Assembly: GCA_964106645.2 (NCBI GenBank)
Contig: OZ067043.1
Strand: one strand, 5' to 3'
Length of the DNA stretch: 64,000 nt
Source: Podarcis pityusensis
Taxonomy: Eukaryota
The position numbers and the translations under genes are program-made. Below, piece after piece: positions 36,760 to 49,236 of this stretch. The notes below the pieces were generated by a model. It worked only from the letters and a program-made list of their open reading frames with translations, did not search any database and was not told where the DNA came from. How positions within the stretch are numbered: the first letter of the stretch is position 1; every line of letters begins with the position of its first letter.

Positions 36760-38294
36760 GTAAGTATCTCATGACTAGAAATGATGCTGTGTTCTGAGTA
36801 GTTAGCTGCATATGGATTATTGCAGCGACACCCATAAGTGTTGATATTGCAATCAAGCAACACCTATTTCAATAGAAATCTCAGGAGTTTGAGTAAATGA
36901 AGCATGTAGTTCCCTATTTATCTTAATATAGTTCATTGCAAAAGCAATGCATGCTTTTAAAATCTCTTTAGCAAAGGTAGTAGATACTAGGCTGGGCATT
37001 CTCCTGCTTCATCCCATGATTTCAGGCACATTGGAGTTTTGTTTCAAGCAGAAGGCCTGCATAGGCCCAGAAACAAAATCCACAGAGAAGCCTGTATACT
37101 TAACTGGTTGTCATAGATCTACCTAATAATACAACAAAATTATGCTCCTTAATTAAGGAATATTCTAAAATAAACTAGAGAAGTCCTGCCTTCTAGACAC
37201 TGTAATTTTGCTAGTGAGTAAGATGTTCTGTTCCCTGGCATGAAAATGTTCCACTTCTCCTAGTAGCAAAATAGGATGTGTTTGAAGTTAAGGTTGAGAT
37301 TAAAACTCATATGTGAAAATTCTTAACTTTCTCTCCATAGTATTTAATTGTAAAGCCCAAGGGGCCATTATGCTCTAAATTTATCCCTCTGCTCCAGGGC
37401 AGGACCATCCATACAAGTCATGTAGATCATGACTTGAATGTTTAAAACACACGTGGTCAGCAAGACTAAGCAAGGTACATTACTCCAGGTGTCTGTAAAG
37501 TAGGCAGGTTAAATTAGCATCCTGTGAACCAGCCCCTGCATGTGAGAGCCATAGCAGATAGCTGCTCTCATCTTTGCAAAGCCACCATAGAAGCTAATGC
37601 CAGTTCTTTCAGCCACGGCTCTCTTGTTTTGCCTGCTGCCTGAGGAAGCCAACCTCTGTTATGATGAGCAAGGAGACAAACACTGGTAGCAACAGTAGCA
37701 TGACTGCTAAATGGGCTAAAATAGGGATGGCTATGGCAACAGCAAGAACTTTATCTGCTACATCTAGCCCAAGGCTTCTATACATGTTAGAGCTGGTTCA
37801 AGATTTCTGAAGTAGCAGAAAGGAGCCCTTTAATACAACTCTGCTCACTGAGGCACAACATGTTTTGAACTAAAATAGCTTTTTATCAGGGAGAAAGTTA
37901 AATGTGAATCAACTTTCATTTTGCATGCTCTAAAATAAAAGGTAGGTGTCCTGTCCCTGTGGATCACTATTAAATACTCCCTGAACCCATTTGGACTAGA
38001 ATTACAAATCCAAACTATCCTCTTCATCTGCAATCAGAAATTTCTTCTGAGATTTTAAATAATTCAGATTGAGAGCACAAATAAAAAAATCCACTAAGGT
38101 AATATTTTGTCATTGCTCCTGTCCACTAGGATGTCACACTCTGTAAAACTTACTTTACATATATAGAATGCGACATATTTCAGCCATATCAAGTACTTCT
38201 TTGTGCTCATCCTATGCAGGCTCAATATTTGATTTTAACAGGATATCTTCAAACTGTTTTATTTTAATTTGAAGAACTTTCTGTCAATGTTTAG

Positions 38295-38488
38295 ACCTGA
38301 ATTGGATGCATGCGACTCATCAGACAAGTACCCCCAGCTGTTCCATGTCATGTTGGAGATAGAAATAGATTCTGCTGATAGACAGACTGATCTAACACCT
38401 CCATGGGAAAACTTCACAACAAAAGATATCAACCCCAGCATTCTTTTCTCATCGCACCAGGAACACCAGGACACCCTTGCCATGGCAG
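38295..38488 (+). CDS. DNAJC6: DNAJC6 exon 10 (194 nt)
   Basis: PELDACDSSDKYPQLFHVMLEIEIDSADRQTDLTPPWENFTTKDINPSILFSSHQEHQDTLAMA. Flanks ttag| and |gtaaaa. Confidence 0.96.
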
Positions 38489-38597
38489 GTAAAAGCTCTA
38501 TAGTTTTAGTGCTGCAGTTTTGACTTTAATGAAAATGCCAAAGTTGGCCATTTATTTCACACATTTTTGGTATGCCTTGACGCTTTGTACATTATAG

Positions 38598-38678
38598 GTA
38601 GAGGTCCTGTAGATGCGCCACAAGATAACCTGAAGAATGTGGGGCAGGGTGCATTCTTGTCATCTCTCAGCTGGCAAG
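38598..38678 (+). CDS. DNAJC6: DNAJC6 exon 11 (81 nt)
   Basis: GRGPVDAPQDNLKNVGQGAFLSSLSWQ(D), homologous to recalled human GQAPIDIPPDNPRHYGQSGFFASLCWQD. Flanks atag| and |gtatgg. The upstream intron is only 109 nt. Confidence 0.9.
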
Positions 38679-39067
38679 GTATGGGTAACATATCTTTTCA
38701 GAACTCATAATTCACATACTAGTTTTCTTCTATCCCTTATCTCATTTCTTGTCCCCAAGGAGCTCGGGAATGCTGTGTTCACATGGCCCCATGGCAAGGC
38801 ATAAGCATTTTCTTGACTCATAGGAAAGAACTGGCCAGCATATAGACATGCATAGTATTCATAGGCTCATCACACTTCATAGAGCTTCTGGCCAAGTTCT
38901 CATGACAGGCTTATTTTGTGCTCATCATTGCAGTTGACTGTAATAATGTCCCTTGGAAAATCAATGTGCTGTCAGCACTGTGTGTTTCCAATTTTGTGTT
39001 TAACCCAAAGTACTTGGGTTAAGTGTAAACGTTGCTATTGCTGGTAGTGTTTACTTCCACATGTGGG

Positions 39068-39087
39068 GTGTGTGTGTGTGTGTGTGT

Positions 39088-39127
<40 letters not shown>
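39068..39127. repeat. Compound (GT)n(GA)n microsatellite
   Basis: Seen directly, about 80 nt upstream of exon 12. Confidence 0.95.
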
Positions 39128-39130
<3 letters not shown>

Positions 39131-39209
39131 GGTATTTCCCCCCTTTGTATCTAGCACTGAAGGATCAACAGAACTACTAGCTAATCTTGAGCTTCTTTTG
39201 GCCACTTAG

Positions 39210-39656
39210 ATCAAAAACTGGAGAGAAGTAGCTCTCATCCCAGCTCTGAGGACCGGGCGGCACTGGTGCATGAAGAAAGTGAGCAGTCAGATGATGAACT
39301 CTTATCCCTCTCCAGTCAGCATAGTAACACCAGCAGTGACAAAATCCACGGGGCACCAAAGCATACCAAGAAGCATCAAGAGCCACCAGGTCCACCACCC
39401 CCAGAGGATGTCGATCTTTTAGGCTTGGAAGGCAGTCCTATGAGCAAGAACTTCTCAGCAGCACCTGCCGCACCGCCCTCAAACTCAGACTTGCTGAGTG
39501 ATCTCTTTGGGGTTGGTAACTCTGGAGGACCAAATCAAGGTGGACAGTCGGCTGTTGAGGATGTATTTCAGATGGGTGGCACTGGATCTACACAATCTAC
39601 CCCACGACGGTCTGCAGCTTCAGCATCCCCATCTCTGTCCCCAAGAGTAGGAGAAG
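39210..39656 (+). CDS. DNAJC6: DNAJC6 exon 12 (447 nt), contains clathrin box DLLGLE (39413-39430)
   Basis: QKLERSSS...EESEQSDDELLSLSS...PPPPEDVDLLGLEGS...DLLSDLFG...QSTPRRS...PRVGE. Flanks ttag| and |gtaaaa. Confidence 0.95.
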
Positions 39657-41967
39657 GTAAAAACTCCTAATTGTGACACTTAAAAAACCCAAAACCTTCT
39701 AAAAAATTCTTGGCAATCATTTCTAAATAGGATTCTCTTTCTACTAGGAATGGGGGAGAAACTCAGTTCAGTTCACATTTGAAATGCATACCACATGCAT
39801 ATATTGTTAACAATAACATACATGACACTAGGGGAAATGTGCAAAAATAGTATCACAAGAGAAATGTGAACTAAAAGGATGGCAAATATTAATGAGGACT
39901 TTTAAAAAATGCAAATTGATGTGGCAAAGTGAACTTAAGATTGTACAAACAAACCCTTAAACAACTGCAGAATTCTAAGAAAGATAAATGCTGTTTTATA
40001 TTAACAGTTACTTGTCTGAAGCGTGGTAGCCTAAGCTGTCAATTTTAGTTTCTAATTTTTACAATCAAGATTCAGATAGTATTATTTCATGATTATTAAC
40101 TTGGAGTAACCATTGGCTTGGTTCTGAAAATTGTTAATGGGAGAAAACTTTCTGCGTGTTTTCAAATTTGGGAAATTTCCTCCTGCCCTTGGTGCTCCTG
40201 TGATGTCCCATCCCCCCCTTCTCAGGAAAGTCTCCTGACCCAGGTGAGAACCTTTTTGCTGGGTGCAGGAAGTTGGAGATGTAATGGGAGAATGAAAGTC
40301 CCCTTCTGTGAACTCCCTTCCATTCACAGTTGTGAGAGCTCAAGCCTTTGTTTATGAGAACAAGAAATTTCTTGTTGTATCAGTCACAAATCCTTTATTA
40401 TCTCAAGTCATTCTGGTCACTTGTTTTCTGTAAGAAATTCTGAAATCCCCCTAACAAAACAGCCATGCTTATTGTTTACCTGATTCTGTTTCAGCCCCAT
40501 AGTGTATGCCAAGGAGGCAGTGCATGTTGTGGCTGCCAGTGGAACATGCTGAGTTTTTAGCACGTAATCACAACTGCCAGCTTGCTTCTGATTGTGACAG
40601 CATGCTAAATGCCTATCCTTCCTTAGCACATGCTGGCAGCAGTCATATGTCATCCCCTCACCCCACCCCCAACACTGATTGAGTGCTGTTGTTGTCAGTG
40701 TTTTGATCCAATAGCAACTGGGCACTGCAGGGGGGGAATGTGCCATATTTTTCCACGTTTACGTGCGTTGCAACAGGAACCATTTAGAATTTGCTGGTTT
40801 TTATTAAAACTCATCACATTATTCTGTCCTTAAAAATGAAAAACCTTCATAAACAACTATTGGTATGCAGTTAAAGATGCCTGCATAGTCCTAATAAATG
40901 CATGAATTTCAGTCCCTGCCCATACTTCTATCAAAGTTTATTTGCTATCCTCACAGACTTGCTTCTGTCCCTTTAACAGATTCTCTTGCTATTTTCTTCT
41001 CTTTCTACCTGGCTCCACTCCCCATTTTCCTAGGCTTCTGTTACCTCCCACTTGCCATCCCACTCCTGCTCTCTTCTCTGCTTTTTAGCCACCTGCCTTT
41101 TAGCACTATGCCTATCCCAAATTTTCTGATGATACAAAGCCCCTCCTGTTTCTTGGTCCTATGTGAAACTTTCTTCCGTTCAACCTGATTCTGAACATCT
41201 GTCACAAAACCTGCTGTGCACTGACATTACTGACACATTCACCTTGAGCTGACAGAACACCTGAACATGGCACCACAACAGCTCGGGGGCACCTTCTGGG
41301 TACATAAGAAGCAACATGCATTTTAAATGCTTCCTCTTTGTGTCAGAATTGCTGTTCCTTAAACCTTCTAGCCTCTTAACTAAATTTAGAAGATAAGAAG
41401 AAATATCTTAGTTCACAGTGAACACAAACAGAAAGGAAACATGAGAAGAAAGTACTGAAATGCTAAAAGTGAATGAACTCACTGAACTTGTGTGCTAGTG
41501 AAATTTATGTACATTCTGGAGGAAACAGTTGGTATAAATGAGAGAGCTGCAGAACATAACGAGAAAGATCCAAATGCAAATCAAGAGCAAACTTGCCTAT
41601 TGCAAGGAGTTACTGCCTTCTTGATTGTTTTTTTTGGTTGCCCGAGTTGAAATTTAAACACACTCCCATAAACTCTCAATTTCACGTGCGTGTGGAAGAA
41701 GGTTGTCACTCTCGTTTCAGCCTCTCCTGCTCCTTCCTCCGCCAGAAGATGGAGCAATGTAATCAATACCTCTACACGAGTCTTTGTCTTCTATAGTTCT
41801 TGATTTGATGGCAAATCCTTAATCTCTTCCCTAATTGTATCCTATTTTTATGTACAAAACAGTTAGGAGTAATATGGGTTTGCTCTGGAGTAAAGGAACA
41901 CAGCTTAATAGTGGACTTGGGGTGAATGGGATACACGTTTAATAGAACAAATATGTTGTTCTTGCAG

Positions 41968-42120
41968 CAGCTGCCTTTGACCCATTTGGCAGTAGTCCCA
42001 AGAAGCCTGCCCCTGATCTTCTAGGTTCTTTTCTTGGTTCATCAAATGCCACCACTGATCCTTTTCTTCAAGGAGCACGGAGTCCCTCACCTACTGTTCA
42101 AGGAGATCCTTTCAATATGG
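41968..42120 (+). CDS. DNAJC6: DNAJC6 exon 13 (153 nt; alternative start 41971)
   Basis: AAAFDPFGSSPKKPAPDLLGSFLGSSNATTDPFLQGARSPSPTVQGDPFNM. Acceptor ttgcag|cag|, donor G|gtagga. Confidence 0.92.
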
Positions 42121-42643
42121 GTAGGAAACATTTCAAATGCCCACTCTTTTGTTTTTGAATAGAAGTTTAGTGGTGATAACCATCTCTTCATACACTTGCA
42201 GATTATTCATAAGGTCAAATAGTTTCTCTTCCAGTTTCTTAAGTGGTTAGTGGGCCTCAGATATACAATACTAAGATATGATTTTCATGTTTTGAAGTTA
42301 ACAGCAACAAGCCATGGGCTCCGAATCGTTCACATGCCAAACAATATGAAATTGTTTGATATGAGGAAGTTTATTGGGGAGACTGTATTCTTTTCCATAA
42401 AATTTGAAAAAGACTGAAATCCTATATACACTTATGTAGGAACAAACACCATTGAACTCTGTGGTGCTTACTTTAGAATGAACACATGGAATATGGTTGT
42501 GTGGCATCAAAAAGCATGTCATTATGAACTGTAGGTCTAGATGGGCTGGGTTTCTCTGAGGGCTACAGTAGAACTTTTCTCCATTTTAAAGCTTAGTATA
42601 AGTGCATCTAAATTTTCCAGCAGGCTGCAAGCTTAATCTAATA

Positions 42644-42884
42644 CAGTGGTACCTTGAGTTACAAACACCTCAGGTTACAAATGCTTCAGGTTACAAACTG
42701 CACTAACCTGGAAGAGTTACCTCGAGTTGAGAACTTTGTACCAGGATGAGAACGGAAATTGTGTGCCGCTGGCGCAGTGGCAGCAAGAGGCCCCATTAGT
42801 GAAAGCACGCCTCTAGTTAAGAACAGTTTCAGGTTAAGAAAGGGCCTCCGGAACGAATTAAGTTCGTAACTAGAGGTACCACTG
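42644..42884. mobile_element. Tc1/mariner (Tigger/pogo-like) MITE
   Basis: ta|cagtggtacct ... aggtaccactg|ta, TA TSD. Confidence 0.9.
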
Positions 42885-43067
42885 TATTAATATCCAGGCT
42901 TGGAAAATAGCATGTACTAATTTCTGATACAATGAGTAACCAATGCACCCAGTGTTCTGTCAAAACTATGAATATAGTGAAATAATGTGCATCCAGAATT
43001 ACTGGAAGGACATTTCCTTAATTTTGATAAACATTGTATGTTAATAGGCAATTCTCTTCTTGTTTAG

Positions 43068-43139
43068 CTTCTTCTAGTACACCATCTGTTTCCATTCAGC
43101 CAGATGTTTCAGGTGATTGGGAATGGCCTAGCAAATCAG
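43068..43139 (+). CDS. DNAJC6: DNAJC6 exon 14 (72 nt)
   Basis: ASSSTPSVSIQPDVSGDWEWPSKS(G). Flanks tttag| and |gtttgt. Confidence 0.92.
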
Positions 43140-44278
43140 GTTTGTCTGAAACTAGTTTCTAACTTGTTTAAGATGATTTGCTATGTGACGTTCATTCCTA
43201 TTGGCTATGAACAGTGACACTTTCCACTAATTTCCAAATAGTCCACTTTACATTAAAATGAACCTATGTGATGAGGTAATTGCACAAATGGAGACCTCTA
43301 ATGGTTATTTTAAATAAACTTATCAAATTCATTTGTTCTTATTTGAACATAAAACATGCACACCAAAGATACCAAGAAGATTGTATCTCTGGTCCAAACT
43401 AGCTATGAAGTTAAATGTGTCTTTGTATTTAACATGCATTAAAAACAATGCAAATAGCCAATGGTTGGTGCTTAATAATTATAATAATTATAATAATTAT
43501 AATTAAAAACATCAGGGGAGAGGAATTTAACCCTTTCCTCACCTTTTGCTGTCCTGATGAACATATGCCTTCTGTGGCTGCTGTTTGCATTGGGAATAAA
43601 TCCCCCATTGGTTTAACCTCCCTTTTCCCTACCTGTTGTGATCCCAATAATCATCACCCTCCACAGAAGCTGCTATTTGCATTAAATATGTGCACATTAA
43701 ATGCAATGATAAATTTGATATCGTCTATAACTTGGCCCTCAGAAACAAAACATACAACGCAGAAAAAACTAGTCTAAGCTTTAAGCAAGAACTACTCAAA
43801 TTTGTTTTAAAAGTCTGAGCAAAATGTAACATTTTTACACACAAAGATTCCCAACTCTCTTTGTGCATGCCTAAACATGGCAAATGGCTTGTATGCTATT
43901 AAAACTGGCATATTATTCATACTACTAGCTACATTTACACAATTGTCAAAAGCCACTTCATAGAACATGAACGAAGTTAAAATTCTTTAGTATTTGTTCA
44001 TTTGATGGCAAAATTTAATGAGGGTGCAGCCTGAGAAATTGCCACCACTGGTGAGTTTTGCCAAAAGTTATTTGGGTCGCAGCAGGAACACCTTCAATGC
44101 TCTGTTCAATGTATCTTCTTGTGTGAATTTTGTACTTATCATTTATCTCTAAATTACACGTCTGCTGAGGTGTCCGTGTGTTGAGCTGACCAACTGATAA
44201 GAAGCAGCAATCTTATATTAATTTTGTATCTGAGGTCATTAAATTATATTTTATAAGCGTTCTCTTTTTTCTTCTTAG

Positions 44279-44413
44279 GTGGTCTACGTATGGGGAGCAA
44301 ATCAGCTGCTACCAGCCCTACAGGGTCACTACACAGCACACCTACACATCAAGCCAAACCACAAACACTGGATCCTTTTGCTGACTTGGGAACTCTTGGT
44401 GCAAATCTGGCAG
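44279..44413 (+). CDS. DNAJC6: DNAJC6 exon 15 (135 nt; possible alternative end 44398)
   Basis: GGLRMGSKSAATSPTGSLHSTPTHQAKPQTLDPFADLGTLGANLA(G). Flanks cttag| and cag|gttaga. Confidence 0.9.
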
Positions 44414-45335
44414 GTTAGATTAAACCTGAACATTGTCCATGTTTTTGGCTACCCATTCTACTCAATCAGATGTGCATTTTTACACTAGGCAATGAAAGGG
44501 GGACCACAGTGAATTGCACAATGGAGCAATTAACCACTTGCCTGCTTCTCTGGAATGAATAGCCCTTGCAAACCCATCCATGGCAGGCAAGCAAATGCTG
44601 TAGAACTACATAGGTTGATCCTGTGATCCTGACATATTATTGCTGCATATTCAACTTGTTATGCTTTTTATGAAGCAGAAAGAGAGAGAAAAGGCAGGCT
44701 GATCTGAGAAAGATGGTAAAAGCAGGCAGATTCAGTGGAGGAGAGCTTTAAAATCTGTTTGCAAAGACTGGCAGATTTAGAAGGCAGGATCTGCTCCATC
44801 TCTTGAGTCAATTAATACAGATCGGTAGCTTGATTAGACTTTCAATAAAATGTTGTATTTAATATGAGTGAAAGGCTACTATTTACCTTTGCCTGATCCC
44901 ACCATAGTTACCATGAGAGAACCACATTGTGGGATGGCATGAAGTAAAGCTATGCTTTCAAGCTCTCACCTCTTTTACACATTCAACAATGGTTTTAGCA
45001 GTACTACAACAAAGCTTTAAAACATACACATTTGTGTTGGATCTGCTGAGACTCATGATAAACTGGCTATGTATCTTAAATATGGTTCTGTTCAATTGAA
45101 TTTGAAAAACCCTTAATTTGCATAAATAACTCCCATTGGGCTTTTACAGTCTTGATTAGCAAACAACAGGATAGAGCAGGTCAGGAAGGGTGTTGAAGTA
45201 AAGAAGGCCATAGAGACATTACCAGTTGAGCACTGAAGGAATTGTCCAAGCCTGCCTGTCTGTGGATCTGCTTATGTGGATCTTTCCCCATTGCTTTAAA
45301 ATTCTCACCAGTCCCCCTACCCTCCAAAAATGCTT

Positions 45336-45471
45336 TACATTTACAGCACACAACATCCTCCAAAGAATCCTGGGAACTGTAATTTGTTAAGGGTGCTGGG
45401 AATTATAGCTCAGTGGGGGTCAAACTACAGTTTTCAGGATTCTTTGGAGGATGTTGTGTGATTTAAATGTA
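45336..45471. mobile_element. Palindromic MITE-like repeat
   Basis: cacacaacatcctccaaagaatcctg pairs with caggattctttggaggatgttgtgtg. Relatives at about 7900-8055 and 31470-32105. Confidence 0.7.
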
Positions 45472-45571
45472 TGCTGTGGCATGTGACCTGAGTCAGACCA
45501 TGGTCTATATCAACTAGCAGCAACCCACCAGACAGCAGGTATTCCCAGCCCTATCTGGCGATGCCAAAGAA

Positions 45572-45829
45572 CAGGGGTCAGCAACCTTTTTCAGCCATGG
45601 GCTGGTCCACCGTCCCTCAGATCATGTGGTGGGCCAGACTATATATTTTTTTGGGGGGGGGGGGAATGAACGAATTCCTATGCTCCACAAATAACCCAGA
45701 GATGCATTTTAAATAAAAGCACACATTCTACTCATGTAAAAACACGGTGATTCCCGGACCATTCGCGGGCCAAATTGAGAAGGCGATTGGGCCACATCCG
45801 GCCCACGGGCCTTAGGTTGCCTACCCCTG
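45572..45829. mobile_element. 258-bp non-autonomous hAT transposon inserted in a tRNA-derived SINE
   Basis: TIRs caggggtcagcaacct / aggttgcctacccctg. TSD ccaaagaa / ccaaagac. The joined flanks form a minus-strand tRNA-like SINE head (tatagctcagtgttagaacatctgatttgcaggcagaaggcccc). Confidence 0.85.
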
Positions 45830-48010
45830 CCAAAGACTAAACTAGGGGCCTTCTGCCTGCAAATCAGATGTTCTAACACTGAGCTATATAGTTCTTCTAT
45901 ATACATTTACAAGGTGACGTTTACAGAAATAAAAACTTGGCAATATAGTAAAAATCCATGTTCACAAGACAGGAATGCATAGAGCTTTGCAAGTAGGCCT
46001 TACAGCAATATATCTGAGAGAAATTATGTCAATTAACCCCAGAAGGCTATAGTACTTTTTTTGACTATTTTTACAGAAAGCCTTTCTCCTCTGATACTTC
46101 TGAATCATGCTCTTCTAACTAACTAAAAAGGCAGCCAGTAAAAAGTGAAGAAGTTGAACTGAGTTTGGTTTTTCTTATATTCTCACTAACTTTTTGTCAG
46201 TTGAACAAAACATGAAGAGCAGTACTGAAGATCTCTTGGGCTAATTAAGTACATTTAATATGTGATAGGAAGATAAAGGGAACTGCTACACTAATTTGTG
46301 CATGGCTGCTATTGTACACAAATATTTGTGTTTGCAATTCAAGGTTAACCTCCAATACAGGCTTTAATATATGAAAAAATTACCCTGGGAAGGTGGCCTT
46401 TCCTCTCCCTGCCCCACCCATTTTAACCATATATCATGATTAATTGGATAGATCCAAGACAGATGGATCTGTCCTGTGAACAATGCAATGTGTGGGTTGC
46501 ATAGGGCATCACTTAAATGTGGGGCACAACCCTAAAAGTCATGGACTGACTTCTTGTCATTGACAACAGTATGTGAAAAGTTAACCTTGCTTAGTAAATA
46601 CAGTTGAGGAACAAAGTAGGAAATTCTGGGAGGGGGTGGGAAGGATGAAAATGTACTAAAACTGAGAGTAAAATGTAGGTCACTGCCTTGTTTGCAAGTA
46701 CCTTCTTCAAGGGATGCTTTCGTCTTTCCTCCTTTTTCTAAATAGGCTTCCCTTCCGTCTTCCCTCCTTGGCCCCCTAATTTCTACCATAACAATAACAG
46801 CTTGCATTACCTCCGCTCCCTGTTGTTTACCACTTCATGTGTCCAAACCTCACATTGGTTCTGAAATTAGGTGTCCTGCTTCCCTCTGCTGGTGTTCTGC
46901 TGCTCTGCAGGATCAAAAACAGAAAATGTGTCTGATGTCACGTAGTGCAACAACTTGTGGCTATTTCTTCTTTTTTTGAAAAAAGAAAAGTCTGCAGTAC
47001 TGAAGGGGTTCCATGATTTTAAGTAAAAAGAAGTTGAATATGCAGAATATTAATATCTGAAGTAAAAAAAACCAAGCAGCCAAAAAAACCCCACAAGCAA
47101 CAAAAAGGCAATTTTTAAATAATCTATAGTTTCTACTATATTTATGTGATCAGAGGAAATGGTGGAAATGGTAAAGTTCTGGTGGTACTTTACCAAAACA
47201 AATGGGTGAAGCTTTTGAATTCTGTAAAAAAAATAATTGTTAAGGACATTGGTGTTGATTGGATTTTCATTCTGATCCAGAAATTGCTGCCTGCAAGTGA
47301 AAATACCATTATGCTTATTTTGCACAATGTTGTGTTTAGCCTTCAAATTGCTGATAGCTTGGAGAAAAAGAATGACACGTAATCTCTTTCTCTCTCTTTG
47401 CCCCCCCCCCCAATTATTAGTAGGTTGAGTAATCATATGTGATCTGTATTTGTGTAGACTGCTCCAGAATGTAATTATATTCAGTATTTACACTCTTGAG
47501 TAACTTACAAGTTTAATCTATGCCAAATCTTCCAAGAAATGCATATTTGCTGTTTTCTGGTGCAGCACATTTCAATATAAGCTATGTTGTTTCCACCTGC
47601 CCTATGCTACATTGGAATATATACCTATAACCCAATGCTACTAATATTCTTCTTTAAATGCTTATATATATTTATTTAAATATCTGTATATTAAATGATT
47701 TTGTTAACAAGTATACAAAAGAATATATAGATGTAGGTGAAATCCAAACATTTATGTGTGCATATCTAAAGTGCTTCCTGGAGACTTTATTGACTTGAGA
47801 GGTTTTTATTTTTGCTTCTTGTGCTGCACTGCAACACTTTTCCAACCTTCAGACATAGAAGGGATGGGTGGAAGCCTCAGTGCTTGGACCCAGGTCCACC
47901 TGCAGTCCTTTGAATCTTAGTAAGGAAATTACCAGATATCAACTGGTAATTCTGCTTTCCTATTACACAGGCAGTATTATTAACACAAAATGCTTTGCTT
48001 CATGTTTCAG

Positions 48011-48277
48011 GCTGTCCTTCCTTCGCTAGCAAACCCAGCACACCGACAGGAATGGGTGGAGTATTTCCTCCTATGGGGTCACCACAGAAACCATCTCCTC
48101 AGCCAATGGGAGGAGGCAGCTGGCAACAAGGCACTGGATACTCTTGGCCACAATCACAGACAAAACCCCAACAAAGCATGCCACATTCCTCTCCACAGAA
48201 CAGGCCTAATTATAATGTGAGTTTTTCTGCAGCGCCCGGTGGCCAAAATGACCGTGGAAAAGGATCAGGCAGTTCTG
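48011..48277 (+). CDS. DNAJC6: DNAJC6 exon 16 (267 nt)
   Basis: CPSFASKPSTPTGMGG...SPQNRPNYNVSFSAAPGGQNDRGKGSGSS. Flanks ttcag| and |gtaaat. Confidence 0.95.
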
Positions 48278-49090
48278 GTAAATTGATTTTTTGATCTTTT
48301 TAGTCTTCCGATGCGGTTTTGTAGTTTTGAAGGCCTAGAGGTGGAGTATTTCCAAGCTGAAAATATTCAGTCAGCTATAATACAGGCGATGTGTTTTGAA
48401 ATTAATTTAGACATTCTGGTTTTAAGTGAAGAACTAGATATTATTGCAGACATGATGTCATGCCCTGACCGTTGTCATCACTGTGGAATAGGGATGGGGA
48501 AACCTGCAGCATTATGACCTTGCATCTTTCATGCTACTGGGAAGATAGGAAGAAAGAAACTCACTCAGAGGGGCTGTCATATTTGGTGGCAGTCCCATAT
48601 CTGCCAGAATGTTCAGCTTCACCCTAATTTGTTCTGCATCAACTTAGTGGGTGTCAGATTTAACAGATGTCGTGAGCAAATAGTTAGAAGGCATCTAGTT
48701 CTTATTTATCACACTATTTTATTCAGTTTGAATTGCTGAGTGAGTTCAAGTTCAAAATGGGCAAGCAAAACTTGTAAGATTCAACTGGGAAATCCTGCTT
48801 GTACATGGATGCTTTAGAAAGGGTGATGTGCTAAGTGACTTGTGTTTTTAGAGTGACCTGTACTCAGCAGGGGGGTGAATGTGCCATCTTTCTCACAACG
48901 GTGGTGTTGGGAATAAAAGTGCTTAAACTCCTTCTGTTTGCGCTGCAGAGGAAAAATACAGGTATGCCCATATGTACTTCTCTGCATCGTACGGAATGAT
49001 TTTGTAAAGTATTTAGAATAATGTGACATTTATATCTTCTTAAATCAAGTAATACTTCCTTTTAACACTCTATACTTTTTTCCCATTAAG

Positions 49091-49236
49091 AATCCAAACC
49101 AAAAGTGTCTGCTGATTTTGAAGACCTCTTATCTGGTCAAGGCTTTAATGCTCACAAAGACAGAAAGGGACCAAGAACAATAGCAGAAATGAGGAAAGAA
49201 GAAATGGCCAAGGAGATGGACCCTGAAAAATTAAAA
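49091..49236 (+). CDS. DNAJC6: DNAJC6 exon 17 (146 nt)
   Basis: ESKPKVSADFEDLLSGQGFNAHKDRKGPRTIAEMRKEEMAKEMDPEKLK. Flanks taag| and |gtaagc. Confidence 0.96.

Noticed and set aside
45835-45900. tRNA-like sequence on the minus strand (also the heads at 2520-2568 and 9531-9610)
   Set aside because: These are SINE heads. No complete cloverleaf is evident and each continues into SINE body sequence.
46446-46473. Small hairpin ggatagatcca...tggatctgtcc
   Set aside because: An 11-bp stem is within chance expectation for 64 kb, and there are no snoRNA or miRNA hallmarks.
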